Below are positions 20,001-29,822 of a stretch of 64,000 nucleotides of DNA, piece by piece. Each line of letters opens with the position of its first letter. Within the stretch, counting starts at the first letter, position 1. This stretch comes from Candidatus Berkelbacteria bacterium (GTDB lineage Bacteria > Patescibacteriota > UBA1384 > XYA2-FULL-43-10 > 1-14-0-10-43-13). The position numbers were made by a program, and so were the translations under genes. The DNA is taken from contig JBAXEI010000002.1 in NCBI GenBank assembly GCA_037140515.1, forward strand, positions 39,703-103,702. Direction: 5' to 3'. Below the pieces are notes generated by a model, which was not told the origin of the DNA, searched no databases, and was given only the letters and a program-made list of their open reading frames with translations.

Positions 20001-23000
20001 GCTGGCGGCATAGAAATAAGGAGTGCCCTAGTCGTTGATAGCAACTTTCAAATATACAATAGCAGTGAAAGCCCACTAAACATTTCTAAGATTAATTCAG
20101 CCGACGCTCTCCCTGTGACAATAAATGGCAACTTCACACTTCTTCATACGGATGAGACGGGTGCAATAGGAATTGGCAATTCTAATGTACCAGCTACTTT
20201 TCCAACGTTTGATTTGAATAGAGATTTTTCATACGAAGAAAATACCGACACAGCAGGGGACGCGAAAGTCTATCTTTGTATGAAGTTCATCGTTTCTGGT
20301 ACTGTCGATCAGCATTTTACACGACTTAGAACTTTATATCCTTATGGGGTTACTCCTGACTATTTGGCCGGATATTTTGTTAACGTAACTTGGCAATTTA
20401 GAATGGGCGCTGGCGCCCATGTCATCGCCGATACAGACTTCATATTCAACGGCGTGGTTTGCGATGCCAATTATCGTGCAGAATTTTTGAAAAAAAATAG
20501 CAATAAGATTGCTCTGACAAATTTTCAGTATAACAACGGTTGTAACTTTATTCAGCCACTCGACGCAGTCGATAGCTTCCTTTGGTTCGGCGATTTCACG
20601 ATGAACGCTAATTCGACTTTCACAATCAATCCGCTGTTTAAGACCCAGTTTGGATTTATGCGTAGTAAATTCGGGATCAGTTTTGTGGGTAACCAAACTT
20701 ATCCTGAGCGTTGGTCGGGAGACAGTCTGCCATATTACTTCGACACAGGCACAAACGGTAATATTACTGTAAATAATGGCACTCTGGAGTTTCCGACTGG
20801 CTATGTAACAACGGCTGGTGGCGTGACGATAAACGGGGGAGTGCTGAAGGCTCCTGGAGGTGCAGGAAACCTGAGCGTCCACTACAATTTCGTACAGACT
20901 GGCGGTAGCTTTGTTCACCAAAATGGTTTGGTTACTTTGCTTGCTGATTATGCGAACAATACAGTATCTTCGATCAATAATTTATTGACGTTTTACAAGC
21001 TAGATATTACGAAGTATCTTGGCGATACATTCAGTATCTTACTAAAAAGTAATATTCAGACCGATAGCGATCTGACTTTTGGCAACAGGATGACGAGTTT
21101 AATTAACTATCCTCTAAATCACCTAATTTTTCGTAGTGAATCAAGCCTCAATCCTACAGTTACCGTAAAAGGAAATTTCATACTTCCTGACTACGGGAAT
21201 AGAAATTGTTCTACTTTTGGTGCAACAACATATCCAAATCAACTCAATGTCGATTTGTGGGGCGACCTGTCAGCGCCAGCGACGAACGCAGTTGTACTAG
21301 ACGCGAACTTCCACTTTGTGGGTGATCGTGAGCAGCAAATTGATGTAAACGCTCACCTGGAGAACGATGATACTTGGAAGGGTGTTTGGCTAAGCAATGG
21401 TAAATGGGAAATAAATAAGAGCTCTGCGTCCGGAAAAGTATCTCTAGCAAAAAACTTTATTGCGTCTAGCGTACATGGCATTATTGATAATAATAACGGT
21501 CACCCTCTGTATATGGATGTTAAGAAGGGTGTTCTTGACATGAACGGTAAGAATTTCGTTTTGCTCGGCCGGACAAATGATTTCATAGACGGTAGCGGCG
21601 GATTTGCAAACTTGGTTGATGTTACGCTTTCGGCGCAGGATGCAGGGACAATCAGGCTCCTGGGGACCGAACAAACCCCTAGGTTTGTTGTCCTCTCTAG
21701 ATTCTCAACTGTTGAATACTATGATCAGAATGCAAATGGTAGAGAGATAAAGAAATGGAACTATGGGAATCTCAAGATAAACGCGGTAAACGGCGTGACA
21801 AAGGGAAAGTACTCTTTGCCAGCCTCTCTCGTGGGCTATTGGAAGATGGATGAAAGTAGTTGGTCGGGCATAGGAAGTGTTAAAGATTCGACAATTCTGG
21901 CCAATAACGGAACCGCAGCCAATGGTGCCGCGCCGGTGACGGGCAAATATGGGAATTCCGGTAGTTTCAATTATAGTATGAATAGTCTGGTAGACGCTGG
22001 CTCGATACCAAATGTTGATTTGACAAATGAAGTGACTGTATCAACGTGGGTAAACTTTGACAGCTTTCCCTGTGACCAAGCCCAGGGCTTTTTCTCAAAG
22101 GATCATGATCTGACGCTATATGCTACTTGCAGGAGCTATAATGCAGTCACTAATTTCCCACCACGTTATAGTTTCGTGTTCTCGACACCTGGCGGTCTAG
22201 TTGGTTCACAGTTTGCTGCGCCAGTGACCGGTAATTGGTATCATGTTGTCGGTGTATATAAGCAATATGAATACATGAAGATATACGTAAACGGGGTTCT
22301 CTCTAGCACTACGCCTATTACAACCAAACGGTCTGAAACAGCTAGTAATTTTCGGATTGGTAGAGGCTACAGTGAGCGAGTCGATTGTGTTGGCTTCGGA
22401 AGTGCTAGTTGCGATAGCTGGAATAATGTAGATACTCTTAGTGGACGACTTGATGAGGCAAGGCTTTATTCTGTTGCTCTGACTGATCAGCAAATTGCTA
22501 ATTTGTATAATAATAATGATGCTGGTCCCTTACCTGGTACTAATATTCAAAACGATGTCTCGATTGTGGCCGGTACCCTTGACGGACAGGGTCGTGAAGC
22601 AAGCGTCGGTGGCAACTGGACCAACCAAGATACTTTCTTGTCGAAGGACGGCAAGGTAACCTTCACGTCTGCAGATAAGACAGACTTCGTGAATTCGATT
22701 GGTACGACTATTCCGGCTATCAAGCTACTTAATAACAACAATCAGCAGTGGGGAAGTGTTGGGTTCGACAGTGGTATTTCTGATGGTGGCCAGTGGAAGT
22801 TTGTGGATACGAACAATCATATAATCCTGCAAAACAATCTATATGTTGCAAATGGCAATGTTGCGACCGATGCAGCCGATCTAGATAATAAGCAGATGAC
22901 GGTCATGGGTGATGTTGTCCTGACTGGTGGCAAGCTGACGGCTCGTGGCTCTGTGATAAATGTCGGGGGTAATTGGTCAAACACGGGCGGCACTGGAGTT

Positions 23001-26000
23001 CTCGCATATGGTACGTCTACGGTGAAGTTTACGAAGGCTGATGGGCCACAAAATATTTCAGGCAACACTACTTTTTATAATCTGACAAAGCAAGTTTCGA
23101 CAGAGCAGCATTGGATATTTGCAAAAGATTCTGTTACTTCCGTCATGGGCAAGTGGACGGCAACTGGTACGCAAAACAATATTTTGTTTGTCGAGAAAGA
23201 CGGCGTTGCAAACAACGGTGATCATTGGAAAATCTGGCTAAATAACGTATCTTCTGGCAAGGATTTGCAGTGGCTTGCGGTACGTGATTCAAACAACATT
23301 TCAGTTCAAGAGATAAATGTTGCAGCTGATAAAGTATATGATCTTGGAAACAATATTCGCTGGATTTTTGGAGGTATTGATATATCCGGATCATGCAACC
23401 TCTATGATGAAGCTGTTACGACTTTTTGTGCTCCTGGCGCGAATATAGTTTCGGTGGCTGTAAATGATGAGATCCAGCCGATGAAAGGCAGTATCGCAGC
23501 TGATGGAACCTGGAGCGTCAGCGGTATCCTTGGTAAAGCGGCGGGTGCGACGATAACTGTTTATCTAGATGGTGTGGCAATAGAGAAACGTGCAAATCTA
23601 GTTGCTGTTTCGAACGCTACTAATATCATCAACGCTAAATTATTCGAAAATCATCTCACTATCGGAGCTGAGGGTAGCGCAATGATCAATAATGGTAATT
23701 TGGCACTGTTTGGCCACTCTATAGCGGCTGATGATGACATAATTTTCGATATAAATGTCTCAAGTAAAAAACTGACTCTTCTAAATACAGGAAAAGTTCT
23801 TCGAGACGAAGTCTTGTATGTTGGGGGGAACAATAGTTCTTTGTATCAGCCGAAATTTGGAACGATGACTGGTGATCTGATCACAGCGCCTAGCGTTCAT
23901 ATCGGGCCAAGTGCAAAGATGGATCTTTCAAATTGTACAGATATTGATGCATGTAAAATAAATGTTGATGGCGGAAACTGGAGAAACGATCTGACTGGTT
24001 CGTTTGCAGCTGGCTCTTCAACTGTCAATTTCTCTGGCACTGCAAATGATCAGGAGATAAAGACAGGTAATGCTGCCTCAAAATTCGATAAATCGGTAAT
24101 CAATGGCACGATTCAGACAAATAGCTGGGTTTCTCCTGACATAAATCCTTATCAATACCAAAAAGAGATTACGATCAACGGGCCATACTCAGCTGGCGGA
24201 AGTCCTAGTGCAACTCTTTCAAATGGCTTGGTCGCTGAGTACAAGATGAATGAAGCCTCTTGGACGACAAATGGCCCAGTTCTAGACTCGACAACAAATG
24301 GTGCAAACGGCATAAATACACGAGCAAATACAACAGATACTGGCAAATTTGGGCGAGGTGGTGATTTCAACGCCACGAATACAAGCTATGTTGCTTTGCC
24401 TGCTGCCGTAACTTCTGGCTTGAATAAGTTTACGATCTCGATGTGGGTAAACGAAACACAAGCTGGACCAGTTAACGATGACAGGACCCTGATTGGCAAT
24501 TTTAGCACCAGTAATGAAGGTTCTCTTCGTGTGACAAGTAGGGGCGGACGATTGGGAATGCTGGCCTCAAAAATGAATTCGAGCTACCTCAATACAGCTA
24601 ATACTTTTGATGGCACAGGCGTCTCCAGCACGGGGACATATAGCATTTCAAATAATAAGTGGAACCATGTTGTTGTGGTTGCTGATGGTATGCAGATATC
24701 TCTATATGCAAACAGTGAAGCTGACGGAAAAATGATACATCTCGGGTCAAGTCCAGCAGACAGAGGATTGACTGCTCTGTCAATGTACTTGGGCGCACAA
24801 AATTATAACAATTCTATTCCAGCAGCTTCTTACTACACCGGAAAAATTGATGATGTTAGGATTTACAATCGAGCACTCTCTGATGCGGAGATTGGGATAT
24901 TGGATCAGGCCTCGGAGGATAATTCTTTCGACGTAAATAAACTTAATCTTGTGGATTACAAGGCAGTTCTCGACGATGGCGAAGTTGCTCGTTACGATTT
25001 TGAAGACCAAGCAAATGTAGGTAAGGATGTTTCGGGAAATAGCAATAATGGAGTACCTACTGGAGATATTACTGCTTTTGGCAAATTTGGAAATGGTTTG
25101 AAGTTCACCGCAGATGGTCAGAATTTAAGCTTGGGCAAACCATCGATACCTGGCCCTGGAAGCGAATTTTCGGTTAGTACCTGGTTTTACCAAAGCGCAT
25201 ATGCCTTCAGCTCTCAATATCTTGTATCTCAGACCGACTCAGCTGGTTCGGGCTTCTCGATCTTTACCGGTGTCGCTGATACCTCGGGCAATTACGATGA
25301 CATTCTTGTTGGTGACGCTACAAATGATGCAACGGTATGGAAGGTCCCTGTCCTCTTCTCGGTCGGATCTGGCGCCTGGCACCATGTTGTAGTTGTCTCA
25401 AAGAAAAATGGAGCAGATCTATACTTCGACGGCATCTTGAAAGCCTCCAAGACTTCAGCTCTCTCATATGGAAATAACTCAGATAGCCTGGTCCTTGGCA
25501 AGAAAAATTTGACTGTATCTGGTGGTGACCTCAAGGGTGGGCTTGATGAATTCAGAATATATGATCGCTTGCTCACTTCGAGCGACGTTTCAACCTTGCA
25601 CACTAGCAACACAACTTCTGACTGGGCAAATTTCTATACACATGCATTAGAAACTGGACAAGATATTATATTTACTGCGAGTGACAAGACTACTCTCTTA
25701 CCATTTTACCGTGATAAATTCACAGCAAGTGGCCAAAATTCTCGCTTTGTTGTGAAAGTCCCGAGTGTCCCTGCAAATAGCTCAACGAATATCTATGCGT
25801 ACTATGGTAACACACACTCAGACAGGAGCGATGCAAGTTTGATCACTTCTGCTCTTCCTGCACCAAAAGGTGCATGGTCGCTTGATGAGGGAGTCGGAAC
25901 TACAGCAAAAGATGCTACCGCGAATGCTAATAATTGTTCTGTTGTTGCTCCGCCTGACTCTTGGACCGGTAGCGGCAAATCTGGCGCTGCGCTGGTTGGC

Positions 26001-29000
26001 GGAAACACAACGTTGAATTGGAACACGTGGAATTATGCCTTGTGCGGAAATGGGGCATCAATAAATTCAATTTCTGGTGCGATTACTCTTGAAGCCTGGG
26101 TAAACATGGCTTTTCCTGTGTCCCAAAATGTTAGTGGTAGCATCTTGTACAGAGAAAATTCTTACGATCTTGGTATCAGCTCTACATATACTGATTCTAT
26201 TAATATAGACAGGTACAAATTTAGTCTTTATACGAGCAGTGGATGGAAAACAATTTATTCCGACTTCACAGCTACGCCTGGAAAGTGGCAGCACGTTGTG
26301 GCGACTTGGGACAATGGTAGCAAAATCATGAAATTGTATGTCGACGGTGTTTTACGAGCTTCTGGGAGTGAGTATGTTGCCAATTCGCTAGCTGCTTCAT
26401 CGAGTGTCTTTAGTATCGGCGTTGGCCTCTATCAGAATTACGATAGGCTTCAAGGTCAAATTGATGATGCTAGAGTGTATAATGTTGCTCTCGATCCTGC
26501 ACAAATAGCATTGGACGCAATAAGTAAGCCTTTCTACTCACTCAACTCTGTGGCACCAGTCGCTACAAATACCGCGTACGCTCCAAGTATCTTGTTCAGT
26601 GATACTGAAGCCACTTGGCAAGCAGAATCAAACGGTACATGGATAACCTCTGATGATTTCCACGCAAATACACTCACACTTGGTGATGGAGGTCTAAATG
26701 CAGGTGTGGGCGATGTCCATATCTACAGTGATTTCTCTCAGGTGCAAGGAACTAAAACAAGTAAGTTTACTGCTCCTGGTGCAAACAAAACTATGTATGT
26801 TGGCGGAAACTTTACCCACACTAGCGGGCAATTTATAACAAATGGTGGAACGCTTGCCTTCAATTCAAAGGCTTCGGATGTCAAAAATATTAAGCTAAAT
26901 GGCATCTCTCCAGATAATTTGGCTTTTGATAGTGAAACAACAAACAGAGGACAATGGAAGTTTGCTGATACCGACACTGCGGTAGCCGTCGCAAACGATT
27001 TCACACTTGGTAAAACAGTAACTACCACGGCTGGCCTAGGCTCTGCGCCAATTACTACAAGATACATTTGGTATCCAGATGGTGCTCAGGGGATGATCAA
27101 GCAGGATACGGTAACAGGTATTAAGACATCCGTACCTGTACTACCTGGCGGGGGACTCTTCAACGTACATGGTAGTAGTGTCGACAAAGATGGAAACGCT
27201 TGGTTATCTTTTGACAACTATCCAGTCACAGGCTGGAACGGTTATCAGTCGATTAGAATTGATGCTGTGACAAATCAAATTACGAAATATCCTTCAGGCG
27301 GAGGGCCCATCGTAGTTGACTCTGCGGGCAATATTTGGATGTCGCAAGCTAGCTCGACAAATTATCTAATCAAATATAACTCTGCTGGTACTGAAGTCTG
27401 CCGAGGAACTACTAGCTATCATGCAAATGCAATGGCCGCAGATAGCAACGGAAATATTTGGGTGGCGGGAAATAATCAATATGGTATGGACGAGCTGCTC
27501 AAATTTGATCAGAGCTGTACTCAAAAAGTCATTGGTGACTCCTCGTCCCAACCTCTTGGTATCGCAGTCGATAGCGATAACAATGTCTGGGTTACTAGCA
27601 GTCTCGAGGGGGTTGTCAGAAAGATCAATGGCAACACTGGCGCCACAATGGCAATTGTTAGCACTGAGAATGGATATCCTGTTGGTGTTGCTATAGACGC
27701 GAATAATGATGTTTGGGTTGCAAACGATTCTAGCTATGGCACTGTAGTCAAGATAAGCCATACGACAAATACGGTGGTCAAAACTGTTGATGTCAGCGCT
27801 GGTCCATATGGTATTTCAATTTCAGGCGACGGAAAAGTTTGGACAACCCATTTGGGCTCAAATAATACAACCAAGATTGATCCAGTCACAGATACTGTTA
27901 CAAATTACCCTGCCTCCGGTGCTGTATTCACAGTCGGTGACATGACTGGTTTTGCATTGCAAAAATTTGTCTTGAAGAATGATACGCAAGTAGCTCTCGG
28001 GCTGGATCTTCAGGGAAAAACACTGACAACAAAAAATGTTAAAATTATCGACACGGGAAGAATTACAGTAAGTGAGCCTTCTTCGGTAATCGTTTCAGGC
28101 GACTGGCAAAATAATGCAGATGCCGAGACATTTAAGGACGCCACCGGATCCGCGAAGCCTTTATGGGTCGCAAATTTTAATGGCACTTCACAGCGCATTC
28201 TTGGAAATACAGTCTTTTCAACGCTGAAGTCTACAAACTTTACTGCTACTTTCAGAGAGATTGCTTTCGGTGCTGGCACCACAACAGAAGTTACTAAATA
28301 TTTGGATATTGAGGGCAAGAGCTCTTCGGCTAGATCTATCACTCTCAAGTCAACTGCTACTGGGAACAAGTGGAACATCAAGGTCTCTTCAATTTTGACG
28401 CCGAATCATCTAGTAGACTCTGTCAACCTATATGATTCGAATAATACAAATTCTGTTTATCTCTGCGCCTCGAATTCTAATGGTTCAACCACGGATAATA
28501 TTCGTTGGAATATTACTGCTATTTCTTCTGCACCGGGCGTTTGCGGACTGCCAATTTCGATCGTCATTTCTGGCAAAGATCGTGTGAAGGTAGGCGAAAC
28601 ATTCAGCCTTGACTGGGCTGTGGAAGAGGCCGATTCATGTGATTTCACCAGTAATCCCGTGAATGCTAGCTGGAATACTGCTAGAACAATTCCTCCGGCT
28701 GATGTTCACGATTGGACAGGTTCTGTCCCATTAGCTATCAGCAATACAACAACTTTCACTATGACATGCAAAAATTCAAGTAATCCTGGCGGTGTTGTTA
28801 AGACTAAGACGGTCTCGATAAATGGTGGAATTTGTACCTTCAACGATAACAATACTGTGAACGCGATGCTCTTCTGCGAGAATGCATTTAACTTAAAAGG
28901 CGACAATTCTACCTTTAACGGCGCTGTCAGCTCACAGAATATGTCTATCGACGGGGCAACGCAAAACAACAGATTCAACTATGAATATGATACAGACGGA

Positions 29001-29066
29001 AACGCACCTCCAGGATTTCGTTATTTGAATATTCCTAGACCAAGCGAGGTGGGCAACAAGCAGTAA
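17013..29066 (+). CDS. Giant (4017 aa) surface protein/adhesin: beta-helix repeats, four LamG domains, DUF2341-like domain, beta-propeller, Ig-like domain
   Basis: TM/signal ending AYAA; four copies of (Y/W)x(M/F/L)xE...W.HVV...G.(I/L)D(D/E).R(I/L/V)Y; DIIFT...VKVP...IYAYYGN; GIAVDSDNNVWV-type propeller repeats; GGNW/TVxF solenoid repeats. Confidence 0.85.
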   Translation: MRKFSPMKSLQQMLGDISSRTNAAHFLRSNIHEKKLNGGVSFQKVVLVTFVLAAALICGFLYNNQPQKAYAANCRWTGSVGNADWMTAGNWTSCASLVPQSGDSITFDSSGTQVVNLNSSTSIANLTIANTFAGTITVGGGYTLTVSTNYRQYAGTFNAPAAGSIRVGNQFMNDQGVFNASTSLVDLYNVTNAGSAGFWGNTTFYDLSITSPTATPVLFEQTRTQTVLHNFVAKGTSSQNLILTRNAGSNWILDLKGTYSMEYVSVSYSTSLRAGYLNPPNSFNGPSNTGWFPPINVSGSCSSTSAETVYLVVNGTLNTQFATTAGGAPCTYTISGVYRPNKGDVIQTFVNKIGASDPTDAQKAVAVMKYNTAGNDVTGLDLREKTLSIGTLDSQVVTYSDLKMYDYVNTTTRKNILYDCTDAYGPNNFFNLMSKASGYSQQLTVYIPNGGTYSGQTSGYRVVTETDYLQIATGGTYLGANDSTMDLKATGTPFTKSGTFDPGTSNFIYSAAVTVTAATYYDLTLLGTGSDTVLAAGTLTALRNFTIGNGTATTVVRANTNNPIINIGDSLARPTFLISNASTFYASPSAVMNVYGSFTAHGTFTHNNGTVNIFLSTGDHGHITADNAPVSKFYNLNITRGATATVAYKIYFDTNFTVDGNLTMRNDTDVRLYIESKTASIGTISVTGDIIFPATPANTGGISIGDNISRDSNGNPIYASWPSIDFKGNFRQLDTDVNPGGSSIVIAGYLTASGSTNQHFERARSTYNAGTAYQPSFLSGDLSSVTWKINKPVAGTFVIPDSDFVFDNVVCDANYDAEFQKNGTNTIALNNFNYGSDCNFTQPNDADMFLLFGNFTMNAAGKTFSINPTFKTQFGYLLSKFFYVSDFVNDETWSKGDVVINNGTLTFPTAYATKMRSLTMNAGNFNAPGGTGELIMYSNFTIGAGATFHNNLGKVKFLTDYIGSYITVANSAASTFYTLDFGRTLTTKRIDYTGNWAGGIEIRSALVVDSNFQIYNSSESPLNISKINSADALPVTINGNFTLLHTDETGAIGIGNSNVPATFPTFDLNRDFSYEENTDTAGDAKVYLCMKFIVSGTVDQHFTRLRTLYPYGVTPDYLAGYFVNVTWQFRMGAGAHVIADTDFIFNGVVCDANYRAEFLKKNSNKIALTNFQYNNGCNFIQPLDAVDSFLWFGDFTMNANSTFTINPLFKTQFGFMRSKFGISFVGNQTYPERWSGDSLPYYFDTGTNGNITVNNGTLEFPTGYVTTAGGVTINGGVLKAPGGAGNLSVHYNFVQTGGSFVHQNGLVTLLADYANNTVSSINNLLTFYKLDITKYLGDTFSILLKSNIQTDSDLTFGNRMTSLINYPLNHLIFRSESSLNPTVTVKGNFILPDYGNRNCSTFGATTYPNQLNVDLWGDLSAPATNAVVLDANFHFVGDREQQIDVNAHLENDDTWKGVWLSNGKWEINKSSASGKVSLAKNFIASSVHGIIDNNNGHPLYMDVKKGVLDMNGKNFVLLGRTNDFIDGSGGFANLVDVTLSAQDAGTIRLLGTEQTPRFVVLSRFSTVEYYDQNANGREIKKWNYGNLKINAVNGVTKGKYSLPASLVGYWKMDESSWSGIGSVKDSTILANNGTAANGAAPVTGKYGNSGSFNYSMNSLVDAGSIPNVDLTNEVTVSTWVNFDSFPCDQAQGFFSKDHDLTLYATCRSYNAVTNFPPRYSFVFSTPGGLVGSQFAAPVTGNWYHVVGVYKQYEYMKIYVNGVLSSTTPITTKRSETASNFRIGRGYSERVDCVGFGSASCDSWNNVDTLSGRLDEARLYSVALTDQQIANLYNNNDAGPLPGTNIQNDVSIVAGTLDGQGREASVGGNWTNQDTFLSKDGKVTFTSADKTDFVNSIGTTIPAIKLLNNNNQQWGSVGFDSGISDGGQWKFVDTNNHIILQNNLYVANGNVATDAADLDNKQMTVMGDVVLTGGKLTARGSVINVGGNWSNTGGTGVLAYGTSTVKFTKADGPQNISGNTTFYNLTKQVSTEQHWIFAKDSVTSVMGKWTATGTQNNILFVEKDGVANNGDHWKIWLNNVSSGKDLQWLAVRDSNNISVQEINVAADKVYDLGNNIRWIFGGIDISGSCNLYDEAVTTFCAPGANIVSVAVNDEIQPMKGSIAADGTWSVSGILGKAAGATITVYLDGVAIEKRANLVAVSNATNIINAKLFENHLTIGAEGSAMINNGNLALFGHSIAADDDIIFDINVSSKKLTLLNTGKVLRDEVLYVGGNNSSLYQPKFGTMTGDLITAPSVHIGPSAKMDLSNCTDIDACKINVDGGNWRNDLTGSFAAGSSTVNFSGTANDQEIKTGNAASKFDKSVINGTIQTNSWVSPDINPYQYQKEITINGPYSAGGSPSATLSNGLVAEYKMNEASWTTNGPVLDSTTNGANGINTRANTTDTGKFGRGGDFNATNTSYVALPAAVTSGLNKFTISMWVNETQAGPVNDDRTLIGNFSTSNEGSLRVTSRGGRLGMLASKMNSSYLNTANTFDGTGVSSTGTYSISNNKWNHVVVVADGMQISLYANSEADGKMIHLGSSPADRGLTALSMYLGAQNYNNSIPAASYYTGKIDDVRIYNRALSDAEIGILDQASEDNSFDVNKLNLVDYKAVLDDGEVARYDFEDQANVGKDVSGNSNNGVPTGDITAFGKFGNGLKFTADGQNLSLGKPSIPGPGSEFSVSTWFYQSAYAFSSQYLVSQTDSAGSGFSIFTGVADTSGNYDDILVGDATNDATVWKVPVLFSVGSGAWHHVVVVSKKNGADLYFDGILKASKTSALSYGNNSDSLVLGKKNLTVSGGDLKGGLDEFRIYDRLLTSSDVSTLHTSNTTSDWANFYTHALETGQDIIFTASDKTTLLPFYRDKFTASGQNSRFVVKVPSVPANSSTNIYAYYGNTHSDRSDASLITSALPAPKGAWSLDEGVGTTAKDATANANNCSVVAPPDSWTGSGKSGAALVGGNTTLNWNTWNYALCGNGASINSISGAITLEAWVNMAFPVSQNVSGSILYRENSYDLGISSTYTDSINIDRYKFSLYTSSGWKTIYSDFTATPGKWQHVVATWDNGSKIMKLYVDGVLRASGSEYVANSLAASSSVFSIGVGLYQNYDRLQGQIDDARVYNVALDPAQIALDAISKPFYSLNSVAPVATNTAYAPSILFSDTEATWQAESNGTWITSDDFHANTLTLGDGGLNAGVGDVHIYSDFSQVQGTKTSKFTAPGANKTMYVGGNFTHTSGQFITNGGTLAFNSKASDVKNIKLNGISPDNLAFDSETTNRGQWKFADTDTAVAVANDFTLGKTVTTTAGLGSAPITTRYIWYPDGAQGMIKQDTVTGIKTSVPVLPGGGLFNVHGSSVDKDGNAWLSFDNYPVTGWNGYQSIRIDAVTNQITKYPSGGGPIVVDSAGNIWMSQASSTNYLIKYNSAGTEVCRGTTSYHANAMAADSNGNIWVAGNNQYGMDELLKFDQSCTQKVIGDSSSQPLGIAVDSDNNVWVTSSLEGVVRKINGNTGATMAIVSTENGYPVGVAIDANNDVWVANDSSYGTVVKISHTTNTVVKTVDVSAGPYGISISGDGKVWTTHLGSNNTTKIDPVTDTVTNYPASGAVFTVGDMTGFALQKFVLKNDTQVALGLDLQGKTLTTKNVKIIDTGRITVSEPSSVIVSGDWQNNADAETFKDATGSAKPLWVANFNGTSQRILGNTVFSTLKSTNFTATFREIAFGAGTTTEVTKYLDIEGKSSSARSITLKSTATGNKWNIKVSSILTPNHLVDSVNLYDSNNTNSVYLCASNSNGSTTDNIRWNITAISSAPGVCGLPISIVISGKDRVKVGETFSLDWAVEEADSCDFTSNPVNASWNTARTIPPADVHDWTGSVPLAISNTTTFTMTCKNSSNPGGVVKTKTVSINGGICTFNDNNTVNAMLFCENAFNLKGDNSTFNGAVSSQNMSIDGATQNNRFNYEYDTDGNAPPGFRYLNIPRPSEVGNKQ

Positions 29067-29141
29067 AATCAAATTGGCTATTGTTTAAAGAATAGTAATA
29101 TTATAAAATGTAGTAAGTAATAATGCGCACTAGGAGGGACA

Positions 29142-29822
29142 ATGGATTTGGAAAATGTGCTAAAGGGGCAGACCCCAGCACCGGCCACTTCTGGCCAATC
29201 GCCTGAGGCGGAGATCACACAATTTCAAGAGAAAAATAAAGTGAATATTTCACTGGTTTTACTTTGGTCTGCTGCGGCAATTGCCGTTCTCGGGACAGGT
29301 TTATTCTTCTTGCTAAGCTCAAGCGCTCACCAAGACGTTGTCGAGTATCAAAAAACATTGGTTGCCAAAGATGACGAGATTGAAAAGGGCAAGAAAAACG
29401 CAAATGAAAAGGAAATCGTATCAATAAAAGCAGTCGTCGCTCAGCTAAAAAATGCTGAAGCAAACCGTTTCTCAATGGTTGATTTTTTGCCTTTGTTTTT
29501 CGCTCATGTAGATAAAAATGTAACTCTAAATACTCTAGCAGTCTCAAGCGAAGGTGTAATCAGCTTCACAGGCAATACCGATAGCTTCAAATCGGCCGCT
29601 GAACAGGTTATGGCTTTGAAGGCATGGAAAATCAAGGATACTGAAGCGCTTTCGGGTGTGAACCTCGGGGCTGTCTCAGCAACTCGAAGTGAGGATGGCA
29701 AGGTTACTGTTCCTATCGCTATAAACGCTACGTTTGATAAGAAATTGCTCCCAGACGCGATTGCATTAGTGCCTTCGACTAGCGGCACAACAACAGGAGG
29801 TTCAAATGCCAAAGTTCAATAA
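29142..29822 (+). CDS. pilN: PilN-like type IV pilus alignment protein
   Basis: Single TM, coiled coil, VTLNTLAVSSEGVISFTG ferredoxin-like motif; lies before pilO; promoter TTGTTT-17-TAAAAT at 29081-29109. Confidence 0.65.
   Translation: MDLENVLKGQTPAPATSGQSPEAEITQFQEKNKVNISLVLLWSAAAIAVLGTGLFFLLSSSAHQDVVEYQKTLVAKDDEIEKGKKNANEKEIVSIKAVVAQLKNAEANRFSMVDFLPLFFAHVDKNVTLNTLAVSSEGVISFTGNTDSFKSAAEQVMALKAWKIKDTEALSGVNLGAVSATRSEDGKVTVPIAINATFDKKLLPDAIALVPSTSGTTTGGSNAKVQ

Noticed and set aside
16820-28830. Excisable element bounded by direct repeats that would restore the split gene
   Set aside because: The junctions match at only about 10 of 18 nt and no recombinase is nearby. Kept only as a protein-level hypothesis.
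17013-29066. Diversity-generating retroelement target or intein in the giant protein
   Set aside because: No reverse transcriptase, no TR/VR pair differing at adenines and no intein end motifs noticed.
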